In this document: one piece after another, positions 13,516-30,619 of the stretch | How the letters are laid out: each line of letters starts with the position of its first letter | How positions within the stretch are numbered: position 1 is the first letter of the stretch | Assembly: GCF_009914755.1 (NCBI RefSeq) | Contig: NC_060944.1 | DNA length: 64,000 nt | DNA from: the human T2T-CHM13v2.0 reference genome, Homo sapiens | Strand: one strand, 5' to 3' | Made by a program: the position numbers and the translations under genes | Notes under the pieces: model-generated | Database searches by the model: none | Seen by the model: only the letters and a program-made list of their open reading frames with translations | What the model was told of the DNA's origin: nothing

Positions 13516-13959
13516 GTGAGGAGCGAGGGCCCTTCTTTATCCTTCTCTTCCTCTCCTCCTCCCTCTCACCATACCCTGGTGGAAAGGCCCAGGTCAGGTA
13601 GAACCCGGTACCACTCCTGGCACTACCTCTTGCTCATCTGTCCTGTGCACAGTCCCTTCTAGCTGCCCAGTAGGGGCTGACTGAGACCCTTCCTGATAGG
13701 TCCATTATGGCAGAGGGGGCGGGGGCTGTGCTGCTGTTTCAGCCAGAAATCCAGCAGGAGAGGCAGGCTTCAGTCCCAGGCCTCAGAAGCAAGGGGCCCA
13801 ACTTGGCACATCTGCCAGCATAGAAACCCTAGGATCCTTTTAGGCTGGTGAGAAAAAGCAGCATTGGCACAGCTCAGAAGCACCTAGGCTGTGGAGGCCA
13901 GCTCTCCCTACATGCCTAAGCTCTGTCCCCTGGTCAACATGTCATCTTTGGTTTCCAAG

Positions 13960-14022
13960 GTCTTCGGCTTTGTTCAGACCCTGACAGGTTGTGAGGACCA
14001 AGCACGCCTCTTCAAAGACGAG
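13960..14022 (+). CDS. L3MBTL1: L3MBTL1 last common exon, SAM N-half (VFGFVQTLTGCEDQARLFKDE)
   Basis: gtttccaag acceptor, GAG|GTAAGG donor, 63 nt phase 0-0. Confidence 0.94.
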
Positions 14023-14140
14023 GTAAGGTGCAAGTGCAGAGTGGGAGACAGAGCCGGGGTCACTGTCCTTAAGACGGCAGGAAGCAGGTGCCCTCCCCAG
14101 CGTCACTTCTGCTAAGGAGGGACCCGTGTTGCCCCACCAG

Positions 14141-14335
14141 GCAAGAATAGTCAGAGTGACCCATGTATCTGGGAAGACTCTAGTCTGGACTGTGGCCCAG
14201 CTTGGGGACCTTGTGTGCTCAGATCATCTTCAGGAAGGAAAAGGCATCCTGGAGACAGGAGTCCATTCACTCCTCTGCTCTCTACCCACTCATTTGCTTG
14301 CCAAACTTAGCTTTGCCAGTGATAGTCAATATTAA
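14141..14335 (+). CDS. L3MBTL1: L3MBTL1 proximal alternative last exon, non-SAM tail (ARIVRVTHVSGK...LSFASDSQY*)
   Basis: gccccaccag acceptor 118 nt after the 14022 donor; 64 codons then TAA; matches the L3MBTL1 C-terminus as I recall it; polyA signals follow. Confidence 0.82.
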   Translation, partial: ARIVRVTHVSGKTLVWTVAQLGDLVCSDHLQEGKGILETGVHSLLCSLPTHLLAKLSFASDSQY

Positions 14336-14479
14336 AGTGTACTTTTTTCCCCTTTAATCCAATATAGTTGATAATTAAAGTGTATTTTGAATGACACAGA
14401 TATTGTGATTTACTGCAAGGATCCTAACACACACTTAAAATCAAGAGCCAAGGAGTAGTGAGTTGTAGATAAAAAAAGA

Positions 14480-14640
14480 ATGTCAGCTTTGGAGACAGTC
14501 TGGGTTTAAATCCCAGTTCTGTCAATTTGAGCTGTTTACTGTCTCTGAGCCTACATCTTCTTGTCTGTAAAATGGAGATAAAATGGGTTTAATGAGGTCT
14601 ACCTTGCAGAGCCATTGTGAGCATTGGAAATGATGAATGA
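14480..14640 (+). mobile_element. MIR within the proximal L3MBTL1 3'UTR
   Basis: ctgggtttaaatcccagttct...tctctgagcct...tctgtaaaatggagata. Confidence 0.7.
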
Positions 14641-14667
14641 ATCATACCAGAACGTCTAGTATAATTA

Positions 14668-14986
14668 CAGTCATGCATTGCTTAACGATGGGGATACATT
14701 CTTAGAAATGTGTCACTAGGCAATTCTGTCATTGTGTAAACATTATAGAATGTACTTACACAAACCTAGATGTTATATGTATTTTTATTTACATGTATAT
14801 TTTCACATGAAATACCAAATGTCACAGCATTATTACTGAATGTCAGTCATTTCCCCTACTTGATCTGCAATGCCAATATCAAGGGCCATGTATCAGGTTT
14901 CTGTATATGTTCCACTATAATCTTATGGGACCATGGTTTTAAATGTGGAATCATTGACAGAAATGTCTTTATGTAGCATATGGCTG
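14668..14986. mobile_element. Tigger3/Golem-like non-autonomous DNA transposon in the proximal 3'UTR
   Basis: TA + cagtcatgcattgcttaacgatgggg...tgtacttacacaaacctagatg...ataatcttatgggacca...catatggctg; degenerate terminal inverted repeats. Confidence 0.8.
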
Positions 14987-15078
14987 TGTATCACTAGTAT
15001 ATAATAGAGCAATATTATGGAGGAATATGTAGATCCAATCACTTTACCTATACAAAATGACTGCTATGGTGGGAACAC

Positions 15079-15084
15079 AATAAA
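15079..15084 (+). terminator. AATAAA polyA signal for the proximal L3MBTL1 3'UTR (additional ATTAAA at 14331 and 14374)
   Basis: AATAAA followed by a U/GU-rich stretch ttttgacttttagtgcatagttgt, just before an Alu. Confidence 0.7.
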
Positions 15085-15135
15085 CACCAGTTTTGACTTT
15101 TAGTGCATAGTTGTCCTTAAGTAAAGAACTTTGTC

Positions 15136-16150
<1,015 letters not shown>

Positions 16151-16329
16151 CTTCCCCTAGATTTGAACCCTATTTTTTTGTTAGCAAAACTTAAGTTTGC
16201 CCTAGCTTTATTATAGCCACATCACACTAGTTTGGGGTTCATAAAAGCCCCCAGGTGGTTTTCATGTCAACTACAGTCGAACCAAATTTTCCAGTGAGTA
16301 CTTGCACCACTGAGTTTTTTTTTTTTTAA

Positions 16330-16700
16330 TAACCTCATGTAAAACTTTACATCCACCCTATTAAATGTTATCTGGTTGGTTTCATAGCCTTGTTTTAAAT
16401 CTTGATTCTGTCATCTACGATGTTAATAAGGCTTTCCAACCTCATACAGCTTGCACATTTGATAACTAAGCCTTCTGTGTCTTTGTCCAAGTCTTAACAT
16501 GTTTTATGAGAAGGCAGAACCACGTGGCACGCTGTTTCAAACCTTTCTGTCGGTTGACCACAGGTCTTCGAATGTAGTTGTTCAGCCAGCTGCAGAGCCA
16601 CCCAAGTTTCATCCTCCAGCCTATGCTTGGCTTTACATTCTCTTCTTCTTGTGACAAGGGCTGTGTCTCCCAGGAACATTTGCTGTGTCTCTTGGTTCAG
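16330..16700 (-). mobile_element. Degenerate L3/CR1 LINE fragment
   Basis: acatttgataactaagccttctgtgtctttgtccaagtc...gttgttcagccagct resembles antisense CR1 RT region. Confidence 0.45.
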
Positions 16701-17891
16701 CATGGTCTGTGATATAAAAAACTAGTGGCCAAAGGGAGGTGTACTGGTAGACTGCCAGCATTAAATAGAATCTCAGAGTGGAGCAGGACCTTTATGGGGT
16801 CTGAGGATCACCATCTCCAGTGTCTGGCCCATGTCATCAGTTTCCCCATGTAGGACAATGCTCCAGGAGTGGGCTCTCTCTGGCTTAACTGATGATTGGG
16901 TATTCAGGGACACCAGTCAAGATGCTCTCCATCTGGGACACAGACCAGCCAGTAGAGGGTTGCTTCATGAGTGAGGAATTAGAGCAAAGTGCATAGATGG
17001 TCTTATGGTTGTTCTGTACTGGTGGCCCTAAAAGTAGTCTGTCCAGTCCTCTCTTTGTCATCTTTATTGTAGCCATTGTGTATTTGTCTAATTCATCAGC
17101 AAATAATTATTGATGTCTGCTTTGTGCCTGGCCTTGTATAAGGTGATGTGATACTGAAGCAGGTAAGAACAGGTCCCTGCTCTTAAGGTTCTCTGCATGG
17201 TAGGGGAGACAGAATTGTAAGTTGTTGCTCCTGGTGGAGTGTGGTAAGGGCCGTGAAAGACACATGTGCAGGTGTCCTGGGAGCCCAGAGGAAGGGGAGG
17301 ACAGAGAGGGGCCAGTGGGCTCTACTAACTGTGCAGCCAGATGTTTACTGGCAGCTTCCTGCTTCCCAAATGTCTGATTTTCTTGGGCTCCTGGTAGACC
17401 ACACCTTTCTGCTGTGAAAGCATAGAAGTCCCAGTGGGGTTTTGAAAGTGCCAATTAAATCTTAGCTTGACCTGTGTTAAACATTCCATGTGTGGCTCTC
17501 TCAAGATCTATCCAGATCACCTCAATTTTAGGAAATTCCCTGGACCTCTCCACAGCACTGCAGGCTGTTGCTTAGGGTGGATTATTGTATGGCTTATTTT
17601 ATCCATTTTCCTGTTGATTTCCTCTACCTTCAAGGTCAGAACATGACCCTTTTCCTGATCATATGACTCAAAACTCCCCATACCCACCAGCACACAGACA
17701 ACATCTTAGATTTTCTGAGGTCATTCCATTGTTCCCTTACCTAGTCTCAGACTGCCAGACCACAGACTCTGGCCTTTGCTTTGAAGAACCTGGAACCTGG
17801 GCTTTGGCAGTTACCGTGGGTGAGAAATCTCAGGCGATATACAAGGAACCATATACCAGTGGGTTCTCTGAATGATAAGAACTGAAATCCT

Positions 17892-18588
<697 letters not shown>

Positions 18589-20272
18589 GGTGGGGAGCTC
18601 CAGAGCCAGACCGGCATGAGGTGTCTGAATCTGGATGTTTCTGCACAGACACATCTGCTGGGGGTCAGCAAAGAGAGCTCCTCAGGTCCAAGGGAGCTGC
18701 CTCCTGGGATGACCACTTGGCATCCCCCTCACAGCTCCCAGTGTCTCAGGCAAGCAGTATCTCCAGTGCTTCCCCATCGAGGAGGTGCTGGAGAGAGAAT
18801 AGAGTGGCAGACTCCTTGAGAAAGGGGGAAATGGGCTTATTCAGCAGACCCTGGTCTTAGACCTGAGAAGCCGCTTTTCACTTGAGGGGTCATTTTAGAG
18901 CATTAGAAAGGAAGCTTAATGCAGGTAATCTCATCGGTGTGTTTGGCTACTAGACTTTCATTTTCTTTTGGGGGAAAGGTTTTTAGCCATCAGAAGTGCC
19001 AGTTTTCAGAGCCTCCTTGGTTAGTGAATTGGGAAAGATCAGGTAACTGTTTTCTCAGAGCTGCTGGGGGGACAGATATATGGGGTTCATTCCCCCACTC
19101 TGTCCTGCCTCCGTTTAACCTCTAAGGTTGCCAGCCTCTCTGAGATACAGTCCTGTTGTCGCCACACCTCAGAGATCCTTTCATTCATTCTTTCTGGATT
19201 TACTGAGCACCTGACTTATGTCAGGTAAGCAGCCCCCTGGTGGTCCTGGAAGGCAAATGAAGAAATACATACAATTCAGGGGAGTTTGTGGAACTGTGTG
19301 AACTCCAGACAGAGTGGAAGGAGTGGGCAGTTCTGACTGCTGGGGAAGCATGCTGACAGTGGGCAGGCCTTCCTGGCAGGGGTGGTAGAGGGAACAGAGC
19401 TGCAAGGCAGAAGACACCCAGTTATTGGGGAAGGGTCTGTAGTGCAGTCTGTGGAGCTAGGTGTGAGGAGGGCTCACTTGGAACTGTGGGGCAGGGCCAG
19501 GCTTGGGCAGCATTGCCCCCTGAGCTGCATGAGTCATGTCCATAGGATACCCCTACCCAGCTCTCACAGTGGTTAGGAACACAGGTCAGCACTTATAAGC
19601 TAGGTATATCTTGGGCAAATTCTGTAGCCTGTCTGCCTTGGTTTCCTCATCTGTATAATCGAGATAATGCTGGTATTGCTTCATAGGGTTATTGTGAGGA
19701 TTAACTGAGTTAATACACAACAGGTGCTTAGGAGCAGTGCCTGGCACGTAAGAAACAACATAGAAGTGTTTTCATTGCTATGATGCTTGAGGGGTGAGCA
19801 TAGGAGGGATGGCGTCTCCTCAAAAACAGCGTCCCCCAGCTCAGTCTCTTGACCCCCACAGCCTGCCTCCCAGCTCTCTTCATTCTATCCTGTCCTCCAC
19901 AACTGACCAACTGACTTCCCTCCTTGACTCTACCCATATACCTAGCTACTAGAATTAACAATTACTAATATTTTCCATATTTGTTTCACCTATATTTGGA
20001 TGAAGTAATTTTAAGTAAATTTTAGACATCATGACATTTCACCCCTGAGGACATAACTTGCATCTCTAAAAACTAAGGACTTTCTTTTCATAACCACAAT
20101 ATTGTTATCCCACTACCAAATTGCAAGTAACTCCTTTATATCATCCAATACCCAGTCTGCATTCATATTTCCCAGTTCTCAGGATACATTTTGCAGTTTT
20201 TGAGCCAGAATCTGAACAAGGCCTACATAATTGGTTTTGGTTTTTATGTCTCTTAAGTTTCTTCTATTCTAG

Positions 20273-20610
<338 letters not shown>

Positions 20611-21079
20611 AATTGACATTTTTAAAAGTCTTTCAGAGTGTGGTTTTTTGGATTTGTCTTGTTGCTTTCTAGTGGTGTCACTTAACTTGTTCCTCTATCC
20701 CCTGTATTTCCCATGAACTGAAAGTTAGATCCAAAGGCTGGGTTAGACTTAGGTTAAATTTCTCACTGTCACTGTCTCTGTTTCTCTCTCTGTGTCTCTC
20801 TGTCTCCCCCTGCCCCCCTCTGCTTTTGGCAAGACTAGTTCCTAGGTGATACTATGTACTTTGTACTGCCTCATGTTGGAATGCACACAGTGTCTGCTTG
20901 TCTTGCTGTTAGCAGCACTAAGGTTGACCAATGAGGTCATGTGGGGACAACAAGAGCAGGTTTCTCAAAGCCAGTGTCTGTGAGGACTCAAAAGACATTT
21001 TGCGGATACAAATGCTAAACCTCAGACCAGTCAGCAGAAAGAGAGAAAGAGAACAAGTGTGTGAACACGGGGAAACCAG

Positions 21080-21315
21080 TGGCTGTCTTTCTTTCCTTCT
21101 CCGTCCCCATTGCTGTCTTCCTTTTTTCCTTTCTCCCTCCCTTCTCCTTTCTCCCGGTCCTTTCTCTCCCCTTCTCTCCTCCTTCCCTTTCTCCCGCATA
21201 TCCTTTACTCCTACTCCCCTCCCCCATTCCCCATGCACACCCCTCCCTTTCCTTCACCCCTGCCCCGTGACCCTTTCCACCTTCTCCACTTTCCACCTCC
21301 CTCCCGCAACCCCTC
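21080..21315 (+). repeat. CT-rich low-complexity tract (extended polypyrimidine tract)
   Basis: 236 nt dominated by C/T with no AG dinucleotide. Confidence 0.9.
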
Positions 21316-21317
21316 AG

Positions 21318-21452
21318 ATGATTGACGGCGAGGCCTTCCTTTTGCTGACACAGGCGGACATTGTGAAGATCATGAGCGTCAAGCTGGGCCCAGCCTTGAA
21401 GATCTATAACGCCATTCTCATGTTCAAAAACGCTGATGACACCTTAAAGTGA
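21318..21452 (+). CDS. L3MBTL1: L3MBTL1 distal alternative last exon completing the SAM domain (MIDGEAFLLLTQADIVKIMSVKLGPALKIYNAILMFKNADDTLK*)
   Basis: ccctcag acceptor after a very long pyrimidine tract; phase 0 join gives FKDE-MIDGEAFLLLT...KLGPALKI, the Scm/Ph/L3MBT SAM signature. Confidence 0.92.
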   Translation: MIDGEAFLLLTQADIVKIMSVKLGPALKIYNAILMFKNADDTLK

Positions 21453-22920
21453 CTGGCCCAGGGCTGGGCCCTCCTGCAGCCCCTGCTTGGCCTCCCTCTC
21501 CAGCTGATGCTTTCTTCCTGACCTGAATTCCTCATACCCCACACGTCCCCATGCTCCACCTATATCTGACCAGGCTGGTCCTTCTTAGAGGGTGCATGGG
21601 AGCTGAGGAGCCCTGGGGAGGGTAGGCACCCAGCCCCAAGTCCTAGAGCTCATTCGTCACCAGGCATGTTGGTGAGGGCATGACTGGCAGGGGCATTACT
21701 CATGGAGTCAGTTGGACTGTGGCAGCCCCACAGCCCCAGTGGACTTTTATTGTATTACCAAAGGGTCTTTTTCTTGGCAGTGGAGGAGAGACTAGTAGAG
21801 CAGCAGTCCTTCAATCTGAGGCCCCTTTCCCTTTTTTGGTATCTCTGTGTACTTTTCTCTCCTTGGCTCCTTTCCTCCTGCCAAGAAGTGACCCCACCAC
21901 AAATGTATTTACTCCTGGAGGTACCTCCTCTCTTTCTGTCTGCTGGTTTTGCTGCCCTCATTCTGCTGCTTCGTTTCCTGGGCAGTGCCCCCAGCCAGAC
22001 CCCACTGGCTCTTCCCCCTGAGATATGTGAACCTCGGAAACATGTTTTCCTAAGATCCCTTGGAAGTCTCTAGCTGCCTTTCTCTCTTTTGCCCAGAATT
22101 GAGAGATTTTGAGCCAAGATGCCTTCCTGAACTTACCCAGTTCTGGACCAGTTGGCATTTTAGTGTCCCACGCCAAGTCCAAGTTTCAGCAGAATGAGCA
22201 GGTGGTTTGAGCCTGTTTTATAGATGGCAGAGGTTGAGGTTCCACTGCTGTTTTCCATACACCCTTCATGTGTTGAGTCTGGGAAGGAGTAAGCCTAGCC
22301 TGCCAGTAGCCTAGGTTAGGAGACCAGCATAAGGATTTGTTAGACAATCTCGGGTCTTTGGCCAGAGGGGCAGCTCCAGCAGGCATAGTGGTGCCTGAAG
22401 TTAGGAATACTGTACTCTCTGTAGCTTTGGACCTCAGCCAAGGTATTGCCCATGGGGTGATGGCTCCAGGCCTGCCAGGCCTTCTGCCATGAGAATGTAG
22501 CACTCTGTGTAGCACACACCCCCATGACATCATTTAACCTGTCCCTTAAATGTTGACCATTAGCTCTTGCAGCGTCTTACAAAGACGACTTGAAGTTGGG
22601 AGTTAGGAAGGTGAACTTTTCTATCTGAATTCTCCGGGTCCCTGAAGCCCTCCTTGCCGCTCTCCATCTGTCTTGCACTGCCAGCTGGGTCCCTGCTGGG
22701 GCTCTGGGACTTCCACTTCTCAGTCCACATAGGAACCCAGCTTCCACTGAGTCACTGCCAAACCTGCCTCCCAGCCTGGGTGGGAAGGGGGAGAGCCACT
22801 GGTAGGAGCCAGCCCCACATGGAGGTGAGGAGCCACTGCCAACCTCCCGTGTCCAGGTGCTGATGTGGGCCTGCGGAGTGTGGGGCTGGTGCCTTCACCC
22901 AGACCCCTTCAATCATGTGA

Positions 22921-22958
22921 TGTGTGTGTGTGTGCATGTGTGTGTGTGTGTGTGTGTG
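22921..22958 (+). repeat. (TG)7 CA (TG)11 microsatellite in the distal 3'UTR
   Basis: Direct reading. Confidence 0.92.
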
Positions 22959-24133
22959 GCACTCTCAGAAGTGTTTGACAGGGTGCAGATGTGAGGCTCA
23001 GTGTTGGGAAAATGCCAAGGGCTATTATCATTAAAATTTGAAGCTTTATTTTTCCCTTAGAAGTGGGAAACCCAGAGCTCTGTTGATTTCCTACCACAAC
23101 CCAGTAGGGGCCTCTCTCTCCCATGGGCTGGACAGCTTTTTGAGGAAGCCATTCAGCTCCCACAGTTGAGCTCCCACAGGGCTTTAGGTGTCCATTCCCT
23201 CTCAACTGCTTAGAGGCAGCTTTGAGCACAGCCTTCCTGGAAGGAAGCTAGGCAAGACCTGCCACACAGCGAAGGTTGGGTTTACAAGGGTGACATTGGT
23301 ACCCCCTTGGCCAAGAGTAAAGAAGAACAAGTCTAAGCCTTGCTTTTATCTTAGTTGTCTGGGTGGTAGCAGAACTCATCAGCTCCTTATCCTCAGTCTG
23401 TTCCTCTATAAAAGATGAGAGATGTTCACTGACTTTGTGCAGTGAGAAGGCAGCAAGTACTCACGGCTGGTGCTGTGGGACCTCACAGCTTCTAAGGAGA
23501 GGGGCTGGGAGGGCCTTTGCCATCAGATCTGCCAAGCACCTAATGCTTGCCTGTGGTGAAGGCAAGATGGACCAAGGGCCTTGGAGAAAAGGGCTCCCAG
23601 GCTTCTGAACTTTGAGGCCTCAGCACTTTCTGCATTATCGTCAAACTCTTTGGAAAGAAACCAAATCATTAAAAAGTAGAAAGAAATCTGCCTCTTGTCT
23701 GCCCTACTGCCCCTTTACCCCCACTCTGTCCCCAAATGATATTATTGTACCTTGACCTGGGAGCGCAGAGAGGGGAGGGAGTTGGCAGAGACTTCTGGTG
23801 CCCTCTGCCCTCCTAGCAACAGATGCCACTTATATTTTGGCCCCTGGCAGCCTCGCCCAGCCCCTGATCAGCCCAGGCCTAGGGCAGTTAGGACCTTTCT
23901 GTTTATTTTCTGAAGCAGAGAGAATGATCTCAGAGTTTGCAAATGAAGCCTTTTTTGCACTTTCATTCACATGCACTTTGGTGGGGTTACATTTTTGTAC
24001 TTGCCTCTTGTGTGTGCACATGTGTGTATGTGTTCTTTAAGAGAATCTTCTGGCTTAAGCTAAGGTGACTCTTGAAGGAGAAAAAGTTACAAACAAAATG
24101 TGGTGTGATCTGTCAGTGTATCAAAACAACATA

Positions 24134-24139
24134 AATAAA
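24134..24139 (+). terminator. AATAAA polyA signal of the distal L3MBTL1 isoform
   Basis: First canonical AATAAA I found after the distal stop; upstream UGUA, downstream tctgtttctattttc. Confidence 0.7.
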
Positions 24140-24450
24140 CTTGAACAACTGATACGCAGCCAGAGTCTGTTTCTATTTTCATGATAAAACATCCAGAGAA
24201 CACAAAATGGTTATCAGTAGTGGCACTACTGAAGAGACTAAAGTGTTCTCTTTGTTGTTAGTTAGGGGTCCTTATAGTTTTTAAGGAAAGAAACAAAGGA
24301 TAAGGATAAATGGGTATCTGTCTGCACTGAAAGTGTAAACAGTGGGAACTCCCAGAGATCGGTGTGTAAAAGGGCCTGATCCTTAACATTTGATAAATGG
24401 TCAAGGGCAGAAAATTCAATGAAACCTGTAATTTTTAAAATAATAATATC

Positions 24451-24727
24451 AGCTGGGCACAGTGGCTCACACCTGTAATCCTAGCCACTTTGGAGGGCCA
24501 AGGAGGGAGGATCACATGAGGCCAGGAGTTCAAGACCATCCTGGGTAACGTAGCTAGATCCTGTCTCTATAAAAAAAAAAAAAAAAAGTATTTTTTATGG
24601 TGGCATATGCCTGTAGTCCCGGTTACTTAGGAGGCTGAGGCGGGAGGATCACCTGAGCCCAGGAGTTCGAGGCTGCAGTGAGCTGTGATTGCAACACTGT
24701 GCTCTATCCCAGTGCTCAAATAAAAAA
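24451..24727 (+). mobile_element. AluJ-type
   Basis: agctgggcacagtggctcac...gagcccaggagttcgaggctgcagtgag; expanded middle A run. Confidence 0.88.
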
Positions 24728-25453
24728 TGAAAACATCAAACTTTCAGATGGGGAAATGTCAACCTGAACAGTTAGATTTTGTTAAGCTTCCCAGAGACTA
24801 CAAGCAGGTGGGAAGGTGGCACCTTTCCCACCTTAAAGTGTTTGATCACTTTAACTGCTTTCTCGTCAATATCCTTAATTTCTTTGCCCTGCTGCTGTTC
24901 CAGATCACTTGTCTAGAAGCTCCAACCATGGAGCTGTCCGAGAGCGCATCCTCTCCACACCACAACTGGGAACCTACCTGACCGAGATTGGTGCCATGAT
25001 AGACTGGTAGTCCCTGGCTTCAATGTGAACTGAACCCTCAGGGCTACCCAGGAAGCACGTAGGGTCTGGGGGCTTTAGCTCTGACTTCCCTTTTCATGCT
25101 TCTCAAACCTCCTACCCCATTGTCTTGACAGATATCCTTACCATCCATGTCACAGAGAAAGTGGAAGTCATAGGAAGAAACACCTTCACCTTCCTGCCGT
25201 CTCATCTGCATGTCTCCTCCCACCCCCATTCATTCTGTTTCTTTCCTATTACAGTGGAAGACTTGATGCTTCCAACTTGTCAGAAGCTAATCTTCTACTA
25301 GCCATAGCTGCAATAAAAGGAAAAGAAACATTAAGAGACAGGAAGAGGCTTTTGGACATTTAAAATGGGATTATGGAGATAAAAATTCAACACAAGGGTC
25401 AAAAGATAAAGTTGAGGACATTTCCCAGTAGGCAGAATAAAAAGAAAAAGAGA

Positions 25454-25796
<343 letters not shown>

Positions 25797-25879
25797 TCAG
25801 AGGACTAGTTGGAGGCCCAAATATATGATTAATAGAAATTCTAATAAGAGAGAACCGAGAAAACAAATTATATCAAAAA

Positions 25880-28580
<2,701 letters not shown>

Positions 28581-28652
28581 TCCCTTTAAAAGAGGAAGAC
28601 ATAGGATCCAGGAAGCAAGACACACCAAGGAAAGAGACAAAGGGGATTTGCA

Positions 28653-28943
28653 GGCCAGTCACCGGTGGCTCACGCCTGTAATCCCAGCACTTTGGGAGGC
28701 TGAGGCAGGTGGATCTCTTGAGGCCACGAGTTTGAGACCAGCCTGGCCAACATTGCAAAACCCGTCTCTACTAAAAATACAAAAAAGTAGCTGAGTGTGG
28801 TGGTGCGTGCCGTAATCCTAGCTACTTGGGAGGCTGAGGCAGAAGAATTGCTTGAACCTGGGAGTGGGAGGCTGCAGTGAGCCGAGATTGTGCACTCCAG
28901 CCTGGGCGACAGAGAGACTCTTACTTCAAATGAAAAAAAAAAA
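28653..28943 (+). mobile_element. Alu
   Basis: Alu dimer with A tail. Confidence 0.9.
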
Positions 28944-30321
28944 GGCAGAGGTGGGGACGGGTTTCCAGAGTGATGGGAAAGGAAGGGCCAGGTTCACCTC
29001 TGGACAGCTGTCTAGGTGAGAGTAGGAGGATGAACGGCTCTAAGAAAAATGGGGGGAAGAAAACAAACTGAAACTGGTATATTAATGTATCAAGAGGATA
29101 TTTTAGCTTTATCAGAGAGTTATATACACATAATTATATATAATTCTCTAATAATTATATATATTGAATATGTTCAATTTCTAAAACCAAATGAAGCAAC
29201 TATAAATTCAGGAAAAGCTGAAATGTGTGTTTGGAGGGGCATAATCTAAGCATTCATGTTCCATAGTAGGAAAGAAGCCACTTGAAAATGTTTTAAACTG
29301 AAAAATGGAAGAATAAAAGTATAAGGCTATTAAGATACATGGAGGTAAATACCAAAGAAAGCAGCTTAAAAAGATGAGGAATGGGGCAAGGAACTGATCT
29401 TTTTCATTATTTGATTTTACACTTTGTACAATTATCACTTTCTAAAAATGTTTCCAGAAGGCAAACTGGGGCCCATATCTGGGCTATGTATGAGCTCTGT
29501 TGCCCAAGAGTCTGTTAGCCCATGTGGGTAATAGATTTTTCTCTGGTGGCCCTGTGTCTGTTATTCCCTTTGCCTATGGGTGAATCTGCAGGTGGGGCTG
29601 GGGGTGGGAATAGGGCTGGAGCCAGACTAAGGACAGAAAAGTGGGCTGAGGAATGTCAAAGTGAAGGGAATATTTCTGGAGGTAGATTTCCATTGGTTAA
29701 GTCTCTTGCTTTTCCCTTATGCCTGAGAACATGACTTTTACCTTCATACCCAAACAACAAAGTCCAGCCAGGGAGGGTGGGAGGGGAAAGAAGGAAGAGA
29801 GGAAGATGGGAAGGAGACGCATATCTGCAGTGGCCTATCTACACATATCTGCACGAGTGACCTTGGCTATTTCCTGCAGTATCACTGGGGGGAAGGGCAA
29901 GTTCAGCACTGCTGCTAGCCACGTTGGTTGGCACAACTTGTTACAGTCATTTGGTAGAGAGTTCATAATTAACCCAGCACTCACACTTAACAGGAGTTCA
30001 TCTGTCAGAAATACTAGCGGAAGGCCACAGGATATTAAAGCAGAGATGTTTGCTGCAGCCTTGTTGGAAATATTGTGAAACTGCTAACAGTCAAAACGTC
30101 CATCAGAAGGAACAGTAAATAGGGAATAGGGGTTGTGAAAACTCCACACTATGAAGTGTGGTGCAGCTGCTTAAAAGATGTATATATGAAAAAAAGTGAA
30201 TTACTGATGGCCCATTTTCTGGAAAAAAAATGGATGCAGTTATATAGATTAATACATATAGATTAAGATTAATATACATATAGATTAAGACATAGACAAA
30301 AATCTGGAAGGATTGTCACCC

Positions 30322-30619
30322 TTTTTTTTTTTTTTTTTGAGATGGAGTCTTGCTCTGCTGCCCAGGCTGGAGTGCAGTGGCATGATCTTGGCTCACTGAA
30401 AGCTGCATCTCCCAGGTTCATGCCATTCTCCTGCCTCAGCCTCCCGAGTAGCTGGGACTACAGGCACTCGCCACCACGCCTGGCTAACTTTTTGTATTTT
30501 TAGTAGAGATGGGGTTTCACCATGTTAGCCAGGATGGTCTCGATCTCCTGACCTCGTGATCCACCCACCTCAGCCTCCCAAAGTGCTGGGATTACAGGCA
30601 TTAGCCATGGCGCCCAGCC
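30322..30619 (-). mobile_element. Alu (Y/Sc-like) with target-site duplication
   Basis: TSD ggattgtcacccttt on both sides. Confidence 0.92.

Larger units (their letters stand above)
21453..24160 (+). other. L3MBTL1: Distal L3MBTL1 3'UTR, about 2.7 kb and Alu-free
   Basis: From TGA 21452 to AATAAA 24134-24139, preceded by TGTA 24117; exact end inferred. Confidence 0.65.

Noticed and set aside
20931-21317. N-terminal 129 aa of the 173-aa ORF 20931..21452
   Set aside because: Open only because the CT-rich tract lacks stops; only 21318 onward is SAM-coding, after a proper acceptor
30246-30290. Tandem tagattaa(ta)catatagattaaga units resembling a spaced array
   Set aside because: Two-copy AT-rich slippage duplication in a eukaryotic locus; not CRISPR-like
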